Shown here: positions 58,375 to 64,000 of the stretch, in pieces
How positions within the stretch are numbered: position 1 is the stretch's first letter
Layout: the number at the start of each line of letters is the position of its first letter
NCBI GenBank assembly: GCA_000708835.1
Contig: DF237069.1
Span: 62,001-126,000, forward strand
Direction of reading: 5' to 3'
Source: Klebsormidium nitens
Taxonomy: Eukaryota > Plantae > Klebsormidiophyceae
DNA length: 64,000 bases
The notes under the pieces: generated by a model
The model's database searches: none
What the model was told of the DNA's origin: nothing
Seen by the model: the letters and a program-made list of their open reading frames with translations, nothing else
Position numbers and translations under genes: made by a program

Positions 58375-61300
58375 ATGGGTTCAAGATACGGTGGCCGCCC
58401 GGAGCAGGACTTTGTGGTCAAGCTCGAGCAGATCCCCCGCTGGGTGGACGCAGAGACTGCAAGCAATGGGCCCACCGAACCTGGGGCTGGAGACGGGACA
58501 GACTCGCGTTTCCTTGACCCCCTGTCGGCTGCGGCTGCGGGCGCGGAGGGTGCGGGTATACATGGAGAGGCGAGGGAACCATCAAAGTTTCCGGTTGATC
58601 AAGAAGCGAATTCCCGGCTGTATGTTTGGAGGGGGGCTCCCTGGCCGCTGGAGGTGGATGCCGTGGTGAATTCCACCAATGAGGTGGGTGGGGCGCACAA
58701 TTGGCCTCAATGCACCGATTGAATGTGCAGAATTTCGTTTGGCTCCGTTCTGAAAGAAAGTGGCGGGCAGGTGAAATTCGCAGTGCATTGCATTGCGCAT
58801 GCTTTGTGATGTCTTGGCGCATAAGGGGCCCCAAATTGGCCTATGTCTAAGTGCTTGCTGTCCAACTGGTTCTGAGAAAGCTGACTGACGCATGCGCTGC
58901 CCGTGTGATTATGCCAGACTCTGGACGAGTCGCGCAGCGTGGCGGGCCTCCATGCAGCTGCAGGACCGGGGCTGGCCGACGAATGCGAGACCTTGGTGAG
59001 CTCTCCACCCTTGATGATCTCAAGTGCAGTTGTTGCAGGACGAAACCTTTTGCTCTAACACAGCCGCTGGAAGCCAAGCAATGCAGAATTCTGCAGGCCA
59101 GTGAAGGTGAATATTGGGATTCTTCTCTCAGAAGGTCAAGCGCAAACCGCAATCCTTTCAGTTGAGTGTTGTGATGCTGAGCTGCTTTCTAAAGGCTCTC
59201 TGTGCTCCGCATTTGCAGAACGGTTGCAGGGTTGGGGAAGCCAAGATAACCAGTGGTTATGATTTGCCAGCCAGGTGGGTTTGGGAACAAGTTGTCACAT
59301 GACAACAAGTCATGCGTGCTGCATCTACGTTATTGAAGCTCTTGAGGGGCACGCTGATTATGCCCCAACATTGCATTTCCTTGCTGAAAGAAAAGTTTGC
59401 TACAATCCGAGTCCAAACCTTATTTCTGGAATTGGCAGGAAGGTCATTCACACTGTGGGGCCTCGCTATGCCCCCAAGTATCACACGGCTGCAGAAGGAG
59501 CGCTGAGCAAGTGCTACCGGAGCTGCCTCGAACTGTTGATAGAGCAAGAATTGAGAAGGTAAAGAAGTGGCTGGTTGTCTATTTCATTGGTGCTTTTGCT
59601 TTTATTAACATGCCCTTTAGTGATCAACTTGTGGTGTTGCTTCATCACCACGATGTTTGGCTGCTTGATGGAATCTTTTTTTAATTGCTCCGGTTATCCA
59701 GGAGCAAATGAGGAGCAGAATGGGTGTGGCGCAGTAAGCAATCTTTCATCTGGGCAGGACAGGGAGATACCAATGTTTAAGTATGATACGCTTTTGCAGA
59801 TTTTTGTGATTTGAGAACATTACTTTTTAGCCCAGTCCTACAGTCACTCACCCTCTCTGCTGCCTTTCCAAGTTCGAGTCTGCAACGGTCAACTGCCTCT
59901 GTTCTATTCGAACGTTTTCCCTTTTGGCCTCTGGCAGGAGAAGAGGTTCGACTGCCTTGATGATCTAGAACATACGCAGTCCTTACAGAATCGAATTAAT
60001 CAATGCGTGCAATTGTCCCGCAGCATTGCCATGGCCCCCATCAACAACGACTCCAACTATCCACGCGAGCCCGGCGCCCATGTCGCAATCCGTACGGTGC
60101 GGCGATTCCTGGAGAAGCATAAGGATAAGATTGACGCCCTGGTGTTCTGCACCATGACCACTGCCGATACCGAGATCTACAAGCGGTGAGAAACGTGTCC
60201 ATGATGGGGTCGAGAAGTGCCGCATGGCTTCTGGTTGGAGTCCCTTGGCTCGGTGGACTCAAAAGCCTATCTGCTTTCAGTCAAGCAAGAAACGACTTCT
60301 TTAAGCCAATGCTTTCTTGCTTGTTCCCTTCTTGTCGAGTGCCGCGTCGTTGTGAGTTTGCATATTCGCCTAGAGCCAATGTTTCCGCCGAGCGAATCTC
60401 ACCATCGCCGGATTTCACGTTCTTACCTGTTCTTACTCATGACTTCGTTCTGACGTTCTGCCAACCGTCATGCTGACGCCTTGCCCTGTGCCCCGCCAGG
60501 CTGCTCCCCCTCTACTTCCCGCGGGACCAGGCGGAGGAGGACGCGGCGCGCTCGAAGCTGCCGGCCGACGTGGGCGATGAGAACGGCGGGGTGGAGGTGC
60601 GGGAGCGCAAGATCCGCATCGGGGTGCTGCCGGGGTCAGGCCTGACGCCGTCGCCATCGCCCAGCCCGCGCTGGCAGGAAGGGCCCACCAGCTTCAGGGG
60701 GCCGGGGCCAAGGTACGCAGCGCTGTGCACAAAGTTTTTCATGTCGGCAGGTCGACTTTGATAGGTCGTGGAGACAGGGGCCGCGAAGGGAGGTCCACAT
60801 CAACTACTCTTGGAACTGAGCCGGAGTCTTCAATTCGATTGGGGAACCGTTTTGGTCTGAGCACAGTCCTTGATGAGAATCGCGTCGTTCTTTCTTACTT
60901 TCAGCTCTGTGAAGTCAAAAACGTAACACATCTGGAATTTCGGAATGTGAGGTATGCAGATTTTTGGCGAAGACAGGATTTGCTCGTTGCTCATACGATA
61001 CGCGTCGAGAGCGACCTAATCGTTGGTGCATCTCTCCTCCAGCTTGGACGTGCGGGAGCTGGTGGACCCCAGCTTCGTGTCCATGGCGCGGGACCCCGAC
61101 GTGCGGAGAGCGGAGCAGATGGAGCGTGCGGCGCAGGCGGCCAACAGCTGGCGGCGCTGGGGCAGCCTGGTGAGCATGCCTGTAGGCACCACAGACCCTC
61201 CTTTCTCTTCTCTCGATCACTCATGAGAAGATTTGCAAAACCACCCGGAGGCAGCTTTGTGGGAAGAAAGGTACCCTCAGCTTGCAAGGTTTCTGGATGA

Positions 61301-64000
61301 TGGCAGGGAGGATGCGTCGATGTTCTAAGGATTCCGCATCCGGATCTGGATACTGCGCATTTTGTCCGTGTGGTTCCTAGTATCGCCCCGCATGTGATCA
61401 TCCTTCCGTGGCCGGAGGTTCGTGCGTGTAGAGGAGGACGATTGCTTCGAGGAAGGCTCAGGTCCTCCCCGCCCTGCAGATTGGGCTGGGCCCGCCCCCG
61501 CTGTCTCCAGCCGAAGAGGACGCGCAGCATGCACGCTTCTTGTCCCGGGCGATGGCGACCAACCTGCAAGACCTGGCCGACATGAAGATCCTGTGAGCTT
61601 GTCCCCTGGCCCTCAAATTGTTGCCGGACCAGCTCTGTGGGCTGGTGTTGCTGTGTAACCGGCAGAACACATCGACTTTGATCGGGACCTATGTAGAATA
61701 GGGCTTGCTTGTCGGGAAGTATGGACCACACTATCCAGGGTCTTCAGCGAAAGACCCAACCAATCGACCCAGCCAACCTGAGACTCACATGCCGGCACAA
61801 ATCCGCTGGAATGCAAGCTGTTAACTTTCCTGTGAACGACAACCTGCGGAAGAAACTTCGTTTAGTGGCTGCATAACCGACCTAATACGGAGTTCCTTTC
61901 CATCCTCTGTGAGACGATGTCTGCACGTCTGTCCTATACGTGGGCTTGCAAATTCTTCACTCTCTGAAAGCGGATCTGTGCGTCTCTTCCAGGTACCGCG
62001 GCGGCATTGACTTTGAGGGGCGGCCCATAATGGTGGTGGTCGGCGCGCACTTCATCCCCCGCTCCATCAGCCTAGACAGGTTCATCCTCCATTGCGTCAA
62101 GGTGCGCTCGCTGCCCGCCGTCTTGGCCCGTATCTCACCAATGCTTCGCGGTGCTGATTATGATCCACTTGATCGTCGTTGTGCTTGGACAATGCAATCT
62201 CAGCACGCTATAAAAGCTCTTTTGGTTCGAGGCAGTTGCAAAACAGGTAGTGCGCTTTTGCTGCTAGCCTGCAACTTTGGGTGGCCTAACCTGTGCATCG
62301 GTGTTCAAGCTTGGAGCCAGTGAAAGAGAACACCGAACCTGTTGTCAGCAAGCTATAATCTCTCTCGTTCGAAAAGCGGTCGAGATGGATTGGCCCTTGC
62401 CAAGTGCAATTTCAAAGCATTGTTAATGAGGTTAATGACATGTTTTTTCTCGAGTTTCCGCAGGAGTTCGAGCCGATCTCCCAAAAACCTTTCAGCATTG
62501 TGTACATCCACTCCGCAGTCTCCTACGACCAGTGAGTACCCCTTGCATATGTGGATCTTGATTCGATTCTAGAGGCTTCGAAGAGTGTCTTGGTCTGCTT
62601 TCGATAATGTGATAATTCAGTCTTTGGAGAAACTCCATTTTTGGCTGTCAAAGACAGTCTCGTCCTCGATGCTAGGATTCGTCTAGGTGTACGTGAATCT
62701 GCGGCTGCATCTCCCGTTGATCGAATCACGAACCGAGGGGTGTGTTTCACTCCGAGTTCTGGACCTTTTCAAGAGCTTAGGCTTCCTTTGGGCTCATCCT
62801 TTGGTCTCGATCTCGTGCTGCAGACAGCCTGGCATCACGTGGCTGGAGAGGCTGGAACAAATCCTTGGTCGAAAACACCGAGCCAATCTCCGGGTGAGCC
62901 TCGTCCCCCCGCCTGCACCTGCGCCCCACTTTGTTTGACGCAATCCGAACAGGAGATAGAAAACGCGCTCTGAAAGCCCTATCATGCACACAGGCGGTGC
63001 CCAGAAACGTTAAGACCCGCCGGCACAATTGTATGCACGAAAACGCCCCTGCTCAGTCACTCGGGATGCAACCTTCCGCGTCCCTTTGCTTCTCCCAATG
63101 CGCAGCTTTCGCGATCCCGTTCTTTTTTGCTTCCTGCAGCACATCTACATCCTCCACCCCACCATCAGCTTGAAGGCCGGCCTGCTGCTGCTGCAAACGT
63201 TCGTCCAGCCCGAGGTGCGCCATTGGCTCGCTCACATTGTGCCGTGTGTTCTGTGCGTCCTGGGCCTTGGGTCGCTTACGCGGGCGAGTCGACGGCATAC
63301 CATTGCAAACCCTCAAGACAGTACTCAAAAGTGACGTCAGAATCTGGTATGTGACGAACTGGGAACGATTCCAGACCGGTTTGGCGACGAAGTGGCGACA
63401 ATCATGCGCCAAAAGTCGTAGTGACGGTCTAGTCACGTGCTTTTACGGTGCTGTTTTGTCGCTGAAGAAAGACAAGGGATTGAAGGTGTCGCTTCGGCGC
63501 CACTTTGGTATCGAATAGTACGGGGTTCGGTGCGGTTCCACAAGGCGCTCTGTTCCGGCTCCTTTATCATGATCTACCTCGGAGTCAGGCTGTCGATGTC
63601 AAAACCTCGACCTGTTGAAGTTCCGATTTGCCGGAGCACCTGCGGAGAAAATTTTATCAGACGGATCGTTGGGCTCTTGTCACTTCGAACCAATTGGGGT
63701 GCAGGGTCGATCGGAGATTCGCACAAGATGATCTCGAGCCGAGTGCATCCTATTGTTGCTGAGCTGCCCAGCCTATGGATTGGGGTTATGTAACGCTCGC
63801 AACTTTGCTGGCTTCGCAACAAGTAGCCGGCTGCCCCTGAACAGCCCTTGTGTGTGCCCAGGTGTGGAGCAAGGTGATCTACATCGAGCACCTGGGGGAC
63901 CTGTTCCGATACGTGCAGAAGGAGCAATTGTCAGGCATCCCCGACTTTGTGCTGCAGTGAGTAGCCTTCCATGCAGCACTCTGATTACACCTTGGAACCT
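58375..64000 (+). CDS. GDAP2: GDAP2 homolog (Macro domain plus CRAL-TRIO/Sec14-like domain), 3' end outside the window
   Basis: Motifs LEVDAVVNSTNE, GEAKITSGYDLPARKVIHTVGPRY, LSKCYRSCL, AHVAIRTVRRFLEK, YRGGIDFEGRPIMVVVGAHF, IYILHPT, KVIYIEHL, over more than 10 in-phase exons. Confidence 0.94.

Noticed and set aside
58375-60186. GDAP2 macro domain lacks the GGG loop of active ADP-ribose hydrolases
   Set aside because: A divergent loop is expected for GDAP2-type macrodomains, so it is not novel.
649-63979. Most of the several hundred short ORFs in the six-frame track
   Set aside because: They are alternate-frame or antisense shadows of GC-rich exons, or exon read-through into introns, and are explained by the 10 spliced gene models.

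Overview
Eukaryotic nuclear DNA with GT-AG introns and GC-rich exons. Gene content and style suggest a streptophyte green alga such as Klebsormidium (inference). I spliced 10 protein-coding genes by hand. (1) 3' part of a giant single-pass surface protein with filamin-type Ig repeats, a REJ-like region and a triplicated Cys/Trp domain (+, <1-14790). (2) CapA/PgsA-family metallophosphatase with a possible thylakoid-lumen presequence (-). (3) SDE3/MOV10-like RNA helicase with a large prion-like insertion (+). (4) A Crinkler-effector-like fusion of a ubiquitin-like header, a PD-(D/E)xK nuclease, a ~430-aa Gly/Ala repeat and an atypical kinase (-). (5) Divergent CPBP/CAAX-protease-like membrane protein (+). 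(6) AIP1/WDR1 (-). (7) SRP19 (+). (8) LHCII-type Lhcb (-). (9) FEY-like short-chain dehydrogenase (-). (10) GDAP2 (+, runs off the window). Eight of these genes form four head-to-head pairs. Three apparent frameshifts fall at homopolymers and one N-gap has duplicated flanks; these are probably assembly errors. No rRNA, tRNA, CRISPR array or intact transposon was seen. The most notable items are the nuclease-repeat-kinase gene, the CapA homolog, the giant surface protein and a dense GTAC (SBP-box site) cluster upstream of Lhcb.
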